Shown: positions 40,677 to 50,471 of the stretch, piece after piece
Position numbering within the stretch: the first letter of the stretch is position 1
How the letters are laid out: each line of letters starts with the position of its first letter
Source of the DNA: Gemmatimonadales bacterium
GTDB taxonomy: Bacteria; Gemmatimonadota; Gemmatimonadetes; Gemmatimonadales; GWC2-71-9
Length of the DNA stretch: 64,000 bases
Direction of reading: 5' to 3'
NCBI GenBank assembly: GCA_037189525.1
Contig: JBBCJC010000005.1
Location: 1,125,701-1,189,700 of the forward strand
The notes under the pieces: generated by a model
The model's input: the letters and a program-made list of their open reading frames with translations, nothing else
What the model was told of the DNA's origin: nothing
Databases searched by the model: none
Translations under genes and position numbers: made by a program

Positions 40677-41528
40677 CTACAACAGGTTCAACGAGATGTC
40701 GGCCGCGCGCACGCTATGCGTCAGCGCCCCGATGGATATGAAATCGACGCCGGCCAGGGCGTAATCGCGCACGTTGTCGAGCGTGATCCCGCCCGTCGCT
40801 TCGATCGCGATGCCCGGCCGCCGGTTGCGGGCAACCTCTGCCCAGCTACGCACCACGTCCGGTGTCTGGTTGTCGACCAGGAGCCTGTCGGCGCCGGCTT
40901 CACAGGCTTCGATCAACTGTGCCTCGGTCTCGACTTCCACCTGACACGCCACCGCGCCCCGCGTTCGCGCTTCCTGGAGCGCATCCGCCAGACGGCGACC
41001 ATCCCGTTCCAGGGCGCGCCAGTGGTTGTCTTTGACCATGACCGTGTGGGCCAGGTCGATGCGGTGAATCGTCCCACCCCCCGCAACGACGGCCGCCACG
41101 TCGAGCAATCGCAGGCCTGGCGCCGTTTTCCGGGTGTGCAGCACGCGGCACCCGGTACCACCCATCGCGTCGACGTAACGGCGGGTGGCCGTCGCAATGC
41201 CACAGGCGCGCTGCAGCAGATTGAGCACCGTCCGCTCGCCGCGCAGGATGGCAGCCAGGCTTCCGGTCATGCGGCCGATCTCGCCCGCCTCAACGGCCTG
41301 GCCTTCTTCGACACGCCAGGTCGCCGTGCAGCCCGCCAGCCGAGCCGCTTCCCCGGCATAACAAAGCCCGGACACGACGGTCGCCGTCCGGGCTTCGATG
41401 ATTGCTTCGCCGGCGGGATCGCCACGGACGGTCACCGCCGTGGTCAGATCGACCGGACCGTCCTCGGCCAACGCGACGGCCGCCAGGCGCACCGCGTCGG
41501 CCGAGAGGTCCGGAAGCTGCTCCGCCAT
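40677..41528 (-). CDS. nadC: Quinolinate phosphoribosyltransferase
   Basis: ALAED..DLTT, GERTVLN, TRKTAPG, HR, KDNH, EVE, LVDN, EATGG, IGALTHS. Confidence 0.93.
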   Translation of the reverse strand: MAEQLPDLSADAVRLAAVALAEDGPVDLTTAVTVRGDPAGEAIIEARTATVVSGLCYAGEAARLAGCTATWRVEEGQAVEAGEIGRMTGSLAAILRGERTVLNLLQRACGIATATRRYVDAMGGTGCRVLHTRKTAPGLRLLDVAAVVAGGGTIHRIDLAHTVMVKDNHWRALERDGRRLADALQEARTRGAVACQVEVETEAQLIEACEAGADRLLVDNQTPDVVRSWAEVARNRRPGIAIEATGGITLDNVRDYALAGVDFISIGALTHSVRAADISLNLL

Positions 41529-41536
41529 CGGCCGAA

Positions 41537-42508
41537 CTACTCCGCCTTGAGCTTGCGGATCTCGTCCGTGAGCCGCGGCAAGACCTCGAAGAGGTCGCCG
41601 ACGATCCCGTAATCCGCCACCTTGAAGATCGGCGCGTCTTTGTCCTTGTTGATCGCGACGATCACCTTGGACGTCCGCATGCCCGCCAGGTGCTGAATCG
41701 CTCCGGAAATCCCCACGGCAAAGTAGAGCGACGGCGCCACAGTCTTGCCGGTCTGCCCGACCTGCGCACCGTGCTCCCGCCATCCGGCATCGACGACTGC
41801 GCGGCTGGCGCCGACCGCAGCCGAACCGAGCGCGGCGGCCAGGTCTTCCAAGAGCTTGAAGTTGCCCGGCTCCTTGAGCCCGCGTCCGCCCGACACCACG
41901 ATGTTGGCCTCGGTTACATCGAGCACGGCCTGTTCCGGCGCTTTGATCTCCTTGACCGTGACTCGCTGCGTAAACTCGGGCACCGTGACGGCGACGGCTT
42001 CCGCCGTGAGACCCTTGCTGCCGTCGGCCGCGAAGGTGTTCGGCCGGACCGATACGATCGCGGTCGATCCGCTCAGGACCAGCTTCTGGAGCACCTTGCC
42101 GGCGTAGACCGGGCGCGTCACCACCAGCTTGCCGCCCTCGACGGACAGCGCCGTCACATCGGTCGCCAGCGATTGGCCGAGCTTGGCCGCCACGCGCGGA
42201 GCGAGGTCGCGCCCCATCGCGCTCGCGGCGAAGACGATGGCTGCGTAGTTGGCGCCGATCGACGCGATGGTCGCGGCGTAGCCGTCGGGGTTGTACAGAC
42301 CGAATCCGTCATGCGAGGCGGTCAGGACCCGATTGGCGCCGTGCCCGCCGAGCGCAGCCGTGCCCTCGACGTTGCCGCTGCCCAGGACCAGGGCATCGAC
42401 CGTAGCACCCAAGCCGTCCGCGACCGTCCGCGCGGCCGTGACGACTTCGAGCGAAACCTTCCGAAGCGCACCCTGGCGCTGTTCCGTCACTGCGAGAATA
42501 GCGGCCAT
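41537..42508 (-). CDS. etfA: Electron transfer flavoprotein alpha subunit
   Basis: VSGGRG, GASRAVVDAGW, QVGQTGK, GISGAIQHLAGM. Confidence 0.96.
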   Translation of the reverse strand: MAAILAVTEQRQGALRKVSLEVVTAARTVADGLGATVDALVLGSGNVEGTAALGGHGANRVLTASHDGFGLYNPDGYAATIASIGANYAAIVFAASAMGRDLAPRVAAKLGQSLATDVTALSVEGGKLVVTRPVYAGKVLQKLVLSGSTAIVSVRPNTFAADGSKGLTAEAVAVTVPEFTQRVTVKEIKAPEQAVLDVTEANIVVSGGRGLKEPGNFKLLEDLAAALGSAAVGASRAVVDAGWREHGAQVGQTGKTVAPSLYFAVGISGAIQHLAGMRTSKVIVAINKDKDAPIFKVADYGIVGDLFEVLPRLTDEIRKLKAE

Positions 42509-42510
42509 GG

Positions 42511-43260
42511 TCAGATCACCTTCGCTTCATTACGGAGCAACTGGACCAGCGCCGGTACCGCGTCCGGTCCTTCACCGACGATCCGGCCGGCCTGCCGCTC
42601 GGCGGGCAAGGACAGCCCAGCCAGCGTCAGTCCACCCGCTCCGATCGTGGTCGGCTTTGATTCGAGCGGCTTCTTCTTGGCCGCCATGATGCCCTTGAGC
42701 GACGGCAGCCGCGGCGTGTTGATCCCCTTGTCAGCGGTAACGACCGCCGGCAGCGAGCAACTCAACACTTCGACCCCGCCCTCGATTTCCCGCTCGGCCG
42801 ACACCGCGCCGTTCTCGACCGTGAGCGCCGACACCGCCGAAATGACCGGCAGACCGAGCAGCTCACCGACCATGACGCCGACCTGATGGTTGTAGTCGTC
42901 GACGGCCAGCTTGCCGAAGAGGACCAGGTCGTAGCCGCCGGCGCCGATTTCCGCAGCCAGCGCCTTGGCCACCTCGAGCCCGTCGGCCGATCCGGCGCCC
43001 TGGATCAGGACGCCGCGATCGATGCCCATGGCCAGCGCCGTGCGGATCGTTTCCTGGGAGCTGTCGCCGCCCACGGAGATCACCACGGTTTCGCCCGCGC
43101 CGGCTTTTTCCTTGAGCGCGATGGCGGCCTCGAGGGCGTATTCGTCATAGGGGTTCGGAACGAACTTGACCCCGGCTTCGTCGATGGATTTTCCGTCCCC
43201 GCCGACGACAATTTTGGCTGTCGTGTCGGGCACGCGCTTCAAACAAACGGCGATCTTCAC
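42511..43260 (-). CDS. etfB: Electron transfer flavoprotein beta subunit
   Basis: VCLKRVPD, NPYDEYALE, ALAMG.D, REIEGG, PRLPSLKGIM.AKKK. Confidence 0.96.
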   Translation of the reverse strand: MKIAVCLKRVPDTTAKIVVGGDGKSIDEAGVKFVPNPYDEYALEAAIALKEKAGAGETVVISVGGDSSQETIRTALAMGIDRGVLIQGAGSADGLEVAKALAAEIGAGGYDLVLFGKLAVDDYNHQVGVMVGELLGLPVISAVSALTVENGAVSAEREIEGGVEVLSCSLPAVVTADKGINTPRLPSLKGIMAAKKKPLESKPTTIGAGGLTLAGLSLPAERQAGRIVGEGPDAVPALVQLLRNEAKVI

Positions 43261-43293
43261 TCTCGAACTCCGTGTGTAATCGGCGTTGCGGAC

Positions 43294-44487
43294 CTAGAAG
43301 GCCGCTTCGCCGGTGATCTCCTGCCCCAGGATCAGCGAGTGCATGTCGTGGGTGCCTTCGTAGGTGTAGACCGACTCGAGGTTGGCCATGTGGCGCATCG
43401 AGTGGTACTCCACCAGAATCCCGTTTGCCCCGAGCAGACGCCGGGCCTCGCGCGCGATGTCGCAGGCGATGTCGACGTTGTTCCGCTTGGCAAGTGAGAC
43501 GTGCTGGGGAGTCATGGTGCCGGCATCCTTCATCCGGCCCAACTGGAGGCAGAGCAGCTGCGCCTTGGTGATCTCGGTCAGCATGTCGGCCAGGCGGACC
43601 TGCTGGATCTGCGTCGCGGCAATCGGCTTGCCGAACATGACGCGGTTCTTCGCGTAGCGCACCGCTTCGTCGTAACAGGCCATGGCCGCTCCGATGGCGC
43701 CCCAGGCAATCCCGTACCGGGCCTGGGTCAGACACATCAACGGACTCTTGATCCCGCCCGACTTAGGCAGAATGGCGTCCTTCGGCAGATGGACATCTTC
43801 GAGGTGCAGTTCACTGGTGTCGGAGGCGCGAAGGGAGAGTTTGCCCTTCTGATCCTTGCCGGTGAAGCCCTTGCTGTTGGTCGGGACAATGAAACCTCGG
43901 ACCGACTTCGAGTCGTTGATATCTCCCGTCTTGGCCCAGACGATGGCGACCGTGGCCTGCGAGCCATTGGTGATCCACATCTTGGTGCCGTTGAGCACCC
44001 AGCCGTCGGCCGTTTCACGCGCCGTGGTGATCATCCCCGCGGGGTTCGAACCGAAATCAGGCTCGGTCAATCCGAAGCAGCCGATCTCTTCGCCCTTGGC
44101 GAGCCGCGGCAGCCAATGCCGCTTCTGTTCCTCGGAGCCAAAGGCGTAGATCGGATACATCACGAGGCCGCCCTGCACCGACGCGAAGGAGCGAATGCCG
44201 CTGTCGCCCCGCTCGAGTTCCTGCATGATCAGCCCGTACGCGACGTTACCGAGTCCGGCGCAACCGTACTCTTCCGGCAGGTTGGCACCGAACACGCCGA
44301 GTTCGCCGAGACCGGGGATCAGCTGCTTGGGAAATTTGGCGCCGTCGTAGTACTCACCGATAATCGGAATCAGCTCTTCGTCGACCCAAGTGCGCACCGT
44401 ATCGCGTACTGCCCGTTCTTCTTCCGACAGCAACGAATCGAGCTGATAAAAATCGACGCCGGTAAAGGCCGCTGATCCGACGGACAT
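43294..44487 (-). CDS. gcdH: Acyl-CoA dehydrogenase, glutaryl-CoA dehydrogenase-like
   Basis: ELERGDSG.RS..SVQ, CFGLTEPD.GS, KMWITNG, GKLSLRAS, ARYGIAWG, TYEGTHD.H.LILG. Confidence 0.85.
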   Translation of the reverse strand: MSVGSAAFTGVDFYQLDSLLSEEERAVRDTVRTWVDEELIPIIGEYYDGAKFPKQLIPGLGELGVFGANLPEEYGCAGLGNVAYGLIMQELERGDSGIRSFASVQGGLVMYPIYAFGSEEQKRHWLPRLAKGEEIGCFGLTEPDFGSNPAGMITTARETADGWVLNGTKMWITNGSQATVAIVWAKTGDINDSKSVRGFIVPTNSKGFTGKDQKGKLSLRASDTSELHLEDVHLPKDAILPKSGGIKSPLMCLTQARYGIAWGAIGAAMACYDEAVRYAKNRVMFGKPIAATQIQQVRLADMLTEITKAQLLCLQLGRMKDAGTMTPQHVSLAKRNNVDIACDIAREARRLLGANGILVEYHSMRHMANLESVYTYEGTHDMHSLILGQEITGEAAF

Positions 44488-44612
44488 GGTCCAACCCCTT
44501 GTAAAAGCTGAAGTTACCAGACTTCCAAAGATAGCCGACCGGCTCGGGACGTGGTAGGGCGGCGGGCGGAGGCTTTTTCGCCCCCGGCGTATCCGATTCG
44601 GCTCGGGCGACG

Positions 44613-45293
44613 TTAGTCCGCGGGGCCTCCGGCGACCGCCCGGGGCTCGATCCCAACCTGGACGGCCTTCTTCCGGAAGGTCGGGCCGTGGTCGACGGCA
44701 AGGCCGCTTTCGTCCTGCCACTGGTGCACCATCTCATGCAACAGCGTTTCGGCCACCTGGACCCAGCCGTCCCGCCGGATGTGGCGGCGGCTGATGGCGA
44801 TGGCTCGGCCCCCCGACGACGCCGGCTCGTAGTGCCCCAGCTTACGCCGCATCCGGCTCGACAGCACGATCTCGACGACCGACAGTTGCCCCTCGAACCA
44901 GCGCTGATTGAGTGCGCCATGCAGCGCCCGAAGCCGTTCGAGCCGTTCCTCGTCCCCCGCCTCGGCGGCATCCCGGCGCCGGCGAGGCGGCGGCGGGGCA
45001 TCTCCATGTACCGAGAACTCGAGGAAGACCTGGGCAGCCGCCTTTCGGTCGCGGCGGCGCACCCAGGGACGGGCCCAGGTCGCAATGGCGGCGACGATGT
45101 GGTCCGGGGCATCGGCATACCCCTGGTGGACTCGCAATCCACCATGCTGATCGAAGGAGACCATCACGCGCCGATTGGCGTGGAGCGTGACCGAAATGCG
45201 CGCCGGTAACCCGGCCGCCCGCAGGCGGGCGATCAGGTCGGGCGGATCGTCGAACGGAAGGGCAAACTGGGCCGGAGCCAACGAAGCAGTCAC
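44613..45293 (-). CDS. SprT-like zinc metalloprotease domain protein
   Basis: LN..WF.G.L, TLLHEMVHQW, HG..F. Confidence 0.8.
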   Translation of the reverse strand: MTASLAPAQFALPFDDPPDLIARLRAAGLPARISVTLHANRRVMVSFDQHGGLRVHQGYADAPDHIVAAIATWARPWVRRRDRKAAAQVFLEFSVHGDAPPPPRRRRDAAEAGDEERLERLRALHGALNQRWFEGQLSVVEIVLSSRMRRKLGHYEPASSGGRAIAISRRHIRRDGWVQVAETLLHEMVHQWQDESGLAVDHGPTFRKKAVQVGIEPRAVAGGPAD

Positions 45294-45302
45294 CCCGGCA
45301 AT

Positions 45303-46154
45303 TTAGCCGGTCGGTCGCGCTCCGATCGACTCCGATTGCCGGCGGGGGAAGCTTGCCGGATCACAGAGATCGAACTGCCGCCGGGCCCGATCCCAGCATC
45401 CGTGCCGCACCTGGATGGTGTCGGCCGAGACATCGATCAGGTTGAAGGCGGAGGGGCGGCGGCCGCGGGTACGGCCGGTGTGGGTGCTCGAGGTAGCGAC
45501 CACCACCTGCCCGCCAAGCAGGCCGGCGCCCTCCTGGTGGTCGTGACCGCACAGCACCAGATCCGCCCCGACCCCGCCCAACGCCAGCTGCGCCGACTTC
45601 CAGCGAGCCAACCCCATGCGCTGCGAGATCTCTCCCCGCAAAATGTTCTGGTGGGTCACGACGACCCGCAGAGCGTCCGGCGCCGCCAAGGCAAACCGCG
45701 CGGCGACCCTCGCCAGCTCCGTACTCGGCAGGTGCCCTTTAACGGCGGGATCGCGCCAGAACTTCCAGGTCATCGAGCCGAGCGCGACCCCATGGCTGGT
45801 GAGCACCGACTCGATGGCGAGACCCGGAAGGGCGAGACCGGGAGAGAGATCCTCGCCAAAGTAGATCCGGTACTTGGTGTACTTACGGCGAACGCCGAAG
45901 AGGTCGAACGGGCTGGCCCACCATTGCACATCGTGATTGCCGGGAATCACCAGCGTCGGCGCGGTTTTTCGGAGGTCTTTCACGAAGGCCAGCGCCGCCT
46001 GAAACTCACCGTGACGGGCGCGCTGGGTCAGATCACCGGCCACGACCACGGCCGTCGGAGCCAGTTCGGGAACCAATGCGGCCAGGGCATCGATCTGATC
46101 GAGATCGACGTCCCGGCCGAAATGGAGATCGGAGACTTGAACGAGCCGGATCAC
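45303..46154 (-). CDS. Calcineurin-like metallophosphoesterase
   Basis: SDLHFG, GDLT, GNHD, GHDH motifs. Confidence 0.9.
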   Translation of the reverse strand: MIRLVQVSDLHFGRDVDLDQIDALAALVPELAPTAVVVAGDLTQRARHGEFQAALAFVKDLRKTAPTLVIPGNHDVQWWASPFDLFGVRRKYTKYRIYFGEDLSPGLALPGLAIESVLTSHGVALGSMTWKFWRDPAVKGHLPSTELARVAARFALAAPDALRVVVTHQNILRGEISQRMGLARWKSAQLALGGVGADLVLCGHDHQEGAGLLGGQVVVATSSTHTGRTRGRRPSAFNLIDVSADTIQVRHGCWDRARRQFDLCDPASFPRRQSESIGARPTG

Positions 46155-46155
46155 G

Positions 46156-47532
46156 CTACCAGACGACGCGGACCCGGTAGGTCACCGTCGCTTCGCCCTT
46201 GGGCGGCAATCGGAGCCGAAAACGGGTGATCGTACTGGAGACCCGTTCCGCCGGCACCGAACTCTGCAGCACCGACCACTCACCCCGCCGCTCTTCCAGG
46301 ACGTCCACGGTTGCTGCGGAGTCTTTCGCGTTGGCCACCGTCACGGTATAACTCGCCGTCGCGATGGTCTGCTGTCCCTCGCGCTGAGTCTGATACGCCG
46401 TCTGGGTGCGTCGGGCCGTCAGGTCGAATGCGGTACCTGCGCTCAGACGAAGATCCTGCCCGGCTGCCGTGTGGCCCAACGACGACTCCCCGACGAGTTG
46501 CAGCCGCCCCTGCTGGTCGCGCTCGTACAGCCGGGCCACGCCGGCCGGCACGGGACGATCGCCGAAGGAGGTTTTGGCGGCGCGTTTGACGATGTAAGTC
46601 ACCGCCACGGGCACGGTCTCTTCCTCTCCGTACTGCGGCAGGCCGCCGGCCCAGGGAAGCTGGCCACGTACGGTATAGGTTCGTTCGTATCCGGTGGAAG
46701 CAGGCTCGAACAGCGCGACGGCCGTCTCGACTCCCGGAAGCAGCGTGAACCGACCCGGCAGCGTGTAGAGGTGGGCCTCGCCAACGCTCTCTTCCTTGGC
46801 CATGTCCATCCGGGCCGCCATCGGCGCGGCCTGCAGCCCCTCCCGAGCGTATCGCACCTCGGGCGTTGCCCGTCCGACATTACCTGCCAGCACCTGGATC
46901 TCGGCCGAGTCGGCGCGGAGCCGTCCCGAGGTGATCAAGGCCTGCCCGCTCACCTGGGCCTGCGACCGTGCCAGAACGATACTGTACGATGCGCGCCAGG
47001 CGGCACCGTCGGAAAAGAAGCCGAGCCCGAGGTTATTGCGGGCTCGGTCGCTCCGCACGGTGAGTCTGGTCGACGGATCGGCCGGGACAAGATCGGCCGG
47101 AAAGAGCGGCGTTCCGGGTCGCTCGAACACGACCGTGCCGTCGTCGAGACGGAACCGTTCGGGATCGACGCCCAGTACGCGGGCCGTGACCACTTCCCGC
47201 GCCCCGCCGACTCCCCGCGTGGCGAACCGAAGGTCCCGACCCACCGCGCGACGCAGGGCGTTGTCCTGATCGATCGCGGGATCGAAGATGAACCCGCTGA
47301 TGGCCACGTCCGCATCCAGCGCGAACAGCGACGACGCATCGAGGGCACCGAGCGCGACATCGTGGGACGACACCCCGGCCGGAATCTGGATCGGCAGGGT
47401 CCGCCGATGGAGGACTCGACCGTCGTTGTAGATGGTCAGGCTGGTCTGCGCCGCTGCGGAATCAGCCAAGCCAAGTCCGACCGCTCCTGCCGTCATGATC
47501 CACCGTCCGTATTTCATCAACCCGATGTTCAT
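46156..47532 (-). CDS. DUF4139/DUF4140-like exported protein
   Basis: Signal peptide; LTIYNDG, W.ASY, HLYTL, P.PAG..R.Y, G.AFD; ATGA-coupled. Confidence 0.8.
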   Translation of the reverse strand: MNIGLMKYGRWIMTAGAVGLGLADSAAAQTSLTIYNDGRVLHRRTLPIQIPAGVSSHDVALGALDASSLFALDADVAISGFIFDPAIDQDNALRRAVGRDLRFATRGVGGAREVVTARVLGVDPERFRLDDGTVVFERPGTPLFPADLVPADPSTRLTVRSDRARNNLGLGFFSDGAAWRASYSIVLARSQAQVSGQALITSGRLRADSAEIQVLAGNVGRATPEVRYAREGLQAAPMAARMDMAKEESVGEAHLYTLPGRFTLLPGVETAVALFEPASTGYERTYTVRGQLPWAGGLPQYGEEETVPVAVTYIVKRAAKTSFGDRPVPAGVARLYERDQQGRLQLVGESSLGHTAAGQDLRLSAGTAFDLTARRTQTAYQTQREGQQTIATASYTVTVANAKDSAATVDVLEERRGEWSVLQSSVPAERVSSTITRFRLRLPPKGEATVTYRVRVVW

Positions 47533-47867
47533 CGTTTCATCTCCTTGGGCATGAGCTCCTGCAGCACGCGGGAGACGAGCCGGCGGATCACGAAATACAC
47601 GAGCAGCACCGAGGCTGCCGCAAAGAACCGCTGGGTAGAATGGACCGGCGTGCGCCAGAACAGGAACCAGGCAGCCAGCGCCGCGGCCGCCACGATGGCC
47701 CAGCGTTGCGCCAGCCGGTCGGCGCGCCGAGCCCGCTCACGGCGACAGACCGAGCAGAAGTCCCCCCAGGAGAGACCCACTTCCCGGCGGTCGCACTGGA
47801 CGCACGGGACCGGGTCACCCGCGGACGCGAGCTGCGACGCTGTTGCCGAAGTGTTCAGTCGAAGCAT
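47529..47867 (-). CDS. Small membrane protein with two CxxC pairs (putative zinc ribbon) and two TM helices
   Basis: CVQC...CSVC followed by two hydrophobic segments; start uncertain and overlaps the upstream gene. Confidence 0.55.
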   Translation of the reverse strand: MLRLNTSATASQLASAGDPVPCVQCDRREVGLSWGDFCSVCRRERARRADRLAQRWAIVAAAALAAWFLFWRTPVHSTQRFFAAASVLLVYFVIRRLVSRVLQELMPKEMKR

Positions 47868-48831
47868 TGCCACCCAAGTCCCGGGTGCGGATTCCGTCGG
47901 TCACGATGGTACGGTGAATGGCGCCGCGCAGCCGGTTCCCGGCGTCGACTTCGCCCAGATGATCGAGCATCATCGCGCCGGCCATCATCAGCGCCGACGG
48001 ATTGGCGACGTTCTTACCGGCGATATCCGGCGCGCTCCCGTGCACCGCTTCGAAGATCGACGCTGTCGTCCCGATATTGGCCCCCGGCGTGAGCCCGAGG
48101 CCGCCAACCAGGCCCGACAGTTCGTCGCTCAGAATGTCGCCGAAAAGATTGGTCGCCACCATCACGTCGAACTGTTCCGGCCGAAGCACGATCTGCATGG
48201 CGCAGTTATCGACGATCATGTCGTTCGCTTCGATGCGGCCTTCGTACTCTTTGGCCACCGCCCGCCCCACCTCGAGGAAGAGCCCGCTCACCATCTTGAG
48301 GATGTTGGCCTTGTGGACGATGGTGACCTTCTTCCGGCCATGCTTCAGGGCGTACTCGAAGGCATACCGGACGATCCGTTCACATCCATGACGCGTCGTC
48401 ACACCCGTCGTGACACCGGCCGCATGCGGATCGTTGGCCGTCGCAATCCAGTGCTCGATGCCGGTGTAGAACCCCTCGAGATTCTCACGCACCAGCACGA
48501 TGTCGATGTTATCGTAGCGACCGGGCAGGATGGTCTTGGCCGGACGGAGATTGGCGTACAACTCGAACTCTTTGCGCAGCGCGACGTTGACCGACCGGTA
48601 GCCGGGCCCGACCGGCGTCGTGAGCGGGCCTTTGAGCGCCAGTCGCCGCGCACGAATACTGTCGAGGGTCGCGTCCGGCAACGGCGTGCCGACGGCGTCG
48701 ACAGCCGCCATGCCGCCCAGCTGCCGATCCCAGGTAAACGCAATCCCGGTCGCTTCGAGCGCCGTGACGGTTGCTGCGGTAATTTCGGGCCCGATCCCAT
48801 CACCGGGGATCAGAGTCACATCATAACTCAT
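47815..48831 (-). CDS. Isocitrate/isopropylmalate dehydrogenase family, NAD-dependent IDH-like
   Basis: IPGDGIGPE, KGPLTTPVG..YRSVN, VHKANI, NLFGDILSD, FEAVHGSAPDIAG. Confidence 0.9.
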   Translation of the reverse strand: MSYDVTLIPGDGIGPEITAATVTALEATGIAFTWDRQLGGMAAVDAVGTPLPDATLDSIRARRLALKGPLTTPVGPGYRSVNVALRKEFELYANLRPAKTILPGRYDNIDIVLVRENLEGFYTGIEHWIATANDPHAAGVTTGVTTRHGCERIVRYAFEYALKHGRKKVTIVHKANILKMVSGLFLEVGRAVAKEYEGRIEANDMIVDNCAMQIVLRPEQFDVMVATNLFGDILSDELSGLVGGLGLTPGANIGTTASIFEAVHGSAPDIAGKNVANPSALMMAGAMMLDHLGEVDAGNRLRGAIHRTIVTDGIRTRDLGGNASTEHFGNSVAARVRG

Positions 48832-49472
48832 GATTCCTCATTGCCATCATCGACTGGAAAAACCGTTGCCACGGCGCTTTTGAGCGCTTCGTCGGGCGTA
48901 TCTCCGGACCCGCGCGCCAGCGATCGCCAGACCACGCGTCCCGTGCGCACGTCGGCCAACACCACGGCCATTCGCGCTTCGAGCGCTCCTGCGCTGTCGG
49001 ACTCGAAGGTGATCGAGGCCGGAATCAGCGCGTACCGCCAGCCCCCGGCGGCCGCGAGCAGCTTGCGCAGATTGGAGCGGAGCGGGTCGGGAACCGTGGC
49101 CATCGACCAGGCTCGCATGACGGACTGGCCCATCTGGTCGGGGTTGCCCATCATCCCCCCGCTCCGGCGGGCAATCCGCCGCAGTTCATTGGCCGAGATC
49201 CAATTCACGTCGGGCGCGCGCGCGGCGGCATCGTCGGCCAGCACCGAGTCGACTCGGCGCAAGGTGGCCGGACGGTCGGTCGAAAAGAGCCCCGGCTCGA
49301 CCGACGATTCGATCACCAGCAGGTTGACCGGCACGATGGCCACGCCCTGACCGGCAATTCCAACCGTGGCCAACGCCCGCGTGACCGGGCGTTTCTGGGC
49401 TACCGCCGGGCTGCTCACGAGCAGCGCGGCCAGTCCGGCAATTGCGGCGAAGGTGTTGAAACGACGTGACAT
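48828..49472 (-). CDS. Hypothetical exported protein
   Basis: Signal peptide ending AVA; LADVRTGRVVW segment; ATGA-coupled to next gene. Confidence 0.65.
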   Translation of the reverse strand: MSRRFNTFAAIAGLAALLVSSPAVAQKRPVTRALATVGIAGQGVAIVPVNLLVIESSVEPGLFSTDRPATLRRVDSVLADDAAARAPDVNWISANELRRIARRSGGMMGNPDQMGQSVMRAWSMATVPDPLRSNLRKLLAAAGGWRYALIPASITFESDSAGALEARMAVVLADVRTGRVVWRSLARGSGDTPDEALKSAVATVFPVDDGNEES

Positions 49473-49562
49473 AGCTGCATCCAATCTAGTCGGAGACACG
49501 CCAGAAAACGACCAGGAAGGCAGCAAGAGGCGGGCCCGCGTCAGGGGCCGGATTTCGGTCGG

Positions 49563-50429
49563 TCAGCGGACGTCGAGAGACAGGCCACCGTCGACCTGAA
49601 TGACCTGGCCGGTGACGTGACGCGCTTCGTCGGAGCAGAGGAAAACCACCACGTGGGCGATGTCCGAGGGATCGGCCAGGCGGCCCAGCACGGTGCTGGA
49701 TCGCGCTCGCTCGAGCACTTCGGGAGGTAAGGACTGCAACCGCTCGGTGCGGACGAATCCCGGCGCCACCGCGTTGACGTTGACGTTACTCGGCCCCAGC
49801 TCGACGGCTGCCGCGCGGGTGAGCCCTTCGAGCCCGGCCTTGCTCGCGGCATAGCTGGTGACCCCGAATCCCGGACGGGTCGCCTGATGCGAACTGATGT
49901 TGACGACCTTGCCGTACCGCTGGGTGCGAAACACAGGCGCCAGCACGGCGAGACAGTTGTTGGCGCCGATCAGGTTCGTCTGAATCACCTCGTTCCACTC
50001 GTCTTCACCGAGCCGCCACGAGGCGCCGTCTTTGGCAATCCCGGCGTTATTGACCAGGAAGTGCACCGTCCCGAAGCGCTCCCGCACCGCCTCGACGAAG
50101 CGAACGACCTGCCGGCGATCCCGGACATCACAGCTGTCGGCAAAGACCCGCACACCCATGGCGGCAAGGGTCGTTTCGGTAAACAGCGCCGATTCCTGGA
50201 CGTCCCGCCCGCCCAGGTTGACGAAGCAGAACGCGACATTGCAGCCCCGCCGGGCAAACTCTATGGCCACGGCGCGACCGAGCCCCGTGGCACCACCCGT
50301 GACGAGGACGGTTTTACCCTGGAACCCGGGCGGGACCTGCGGCCGCGCTTCCGTCTCGGGCAGAACTGCGGCGCGGGTGGATTCCGCGCTCTGCCACGAC
50401 GGTGATTGACCGAACTCGGAGAAGGGCAT
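49563..50429 (-). CDS. Short-chain dehydrogenase/reductase (FabG-like)
   Basis: TGGATGLG, NNAGI, YAASK, NAVAPG, TGQVIQVDGG. Confidence 0.92.
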   Translation of the reverse strand: MPFSEFGQSPSWQSAESTRAAVLPETEARPQVPPGFQGKTVLVTGGATGLGRAVAIEFARRGCNVAFCFVNLGGRDVQESALFTETTLAAMGVRVFADSCDVRDRRQVVRFVEAVRERFGTVHFLVNNAGIAKDGASWRLGEDEWNEVIQTNLIGANNCLAVLAPVFRTQRYGKVVNISSHQATRPGFGVTSYAASKAGLEGLTRAAAVELGPSNVNVNAVAPGFVRTERLQSLPPEVLERARSSTVLGRLADPSDIAHVVVFLCSDEARHVTGQVIQVDGGLSLDVR

Positions 50430-50471
50430 AGTGGTGGCGCGAAGGTATCGATCCGTCCTGCCGACCGCAAG

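Noticed and set aside
46471..49350. 959-aa plus-strand ORF
   Set aside because: Antisense shadow of several well-supported minus-strand genes; no recognisable motifs; expected in high-GC DNA.
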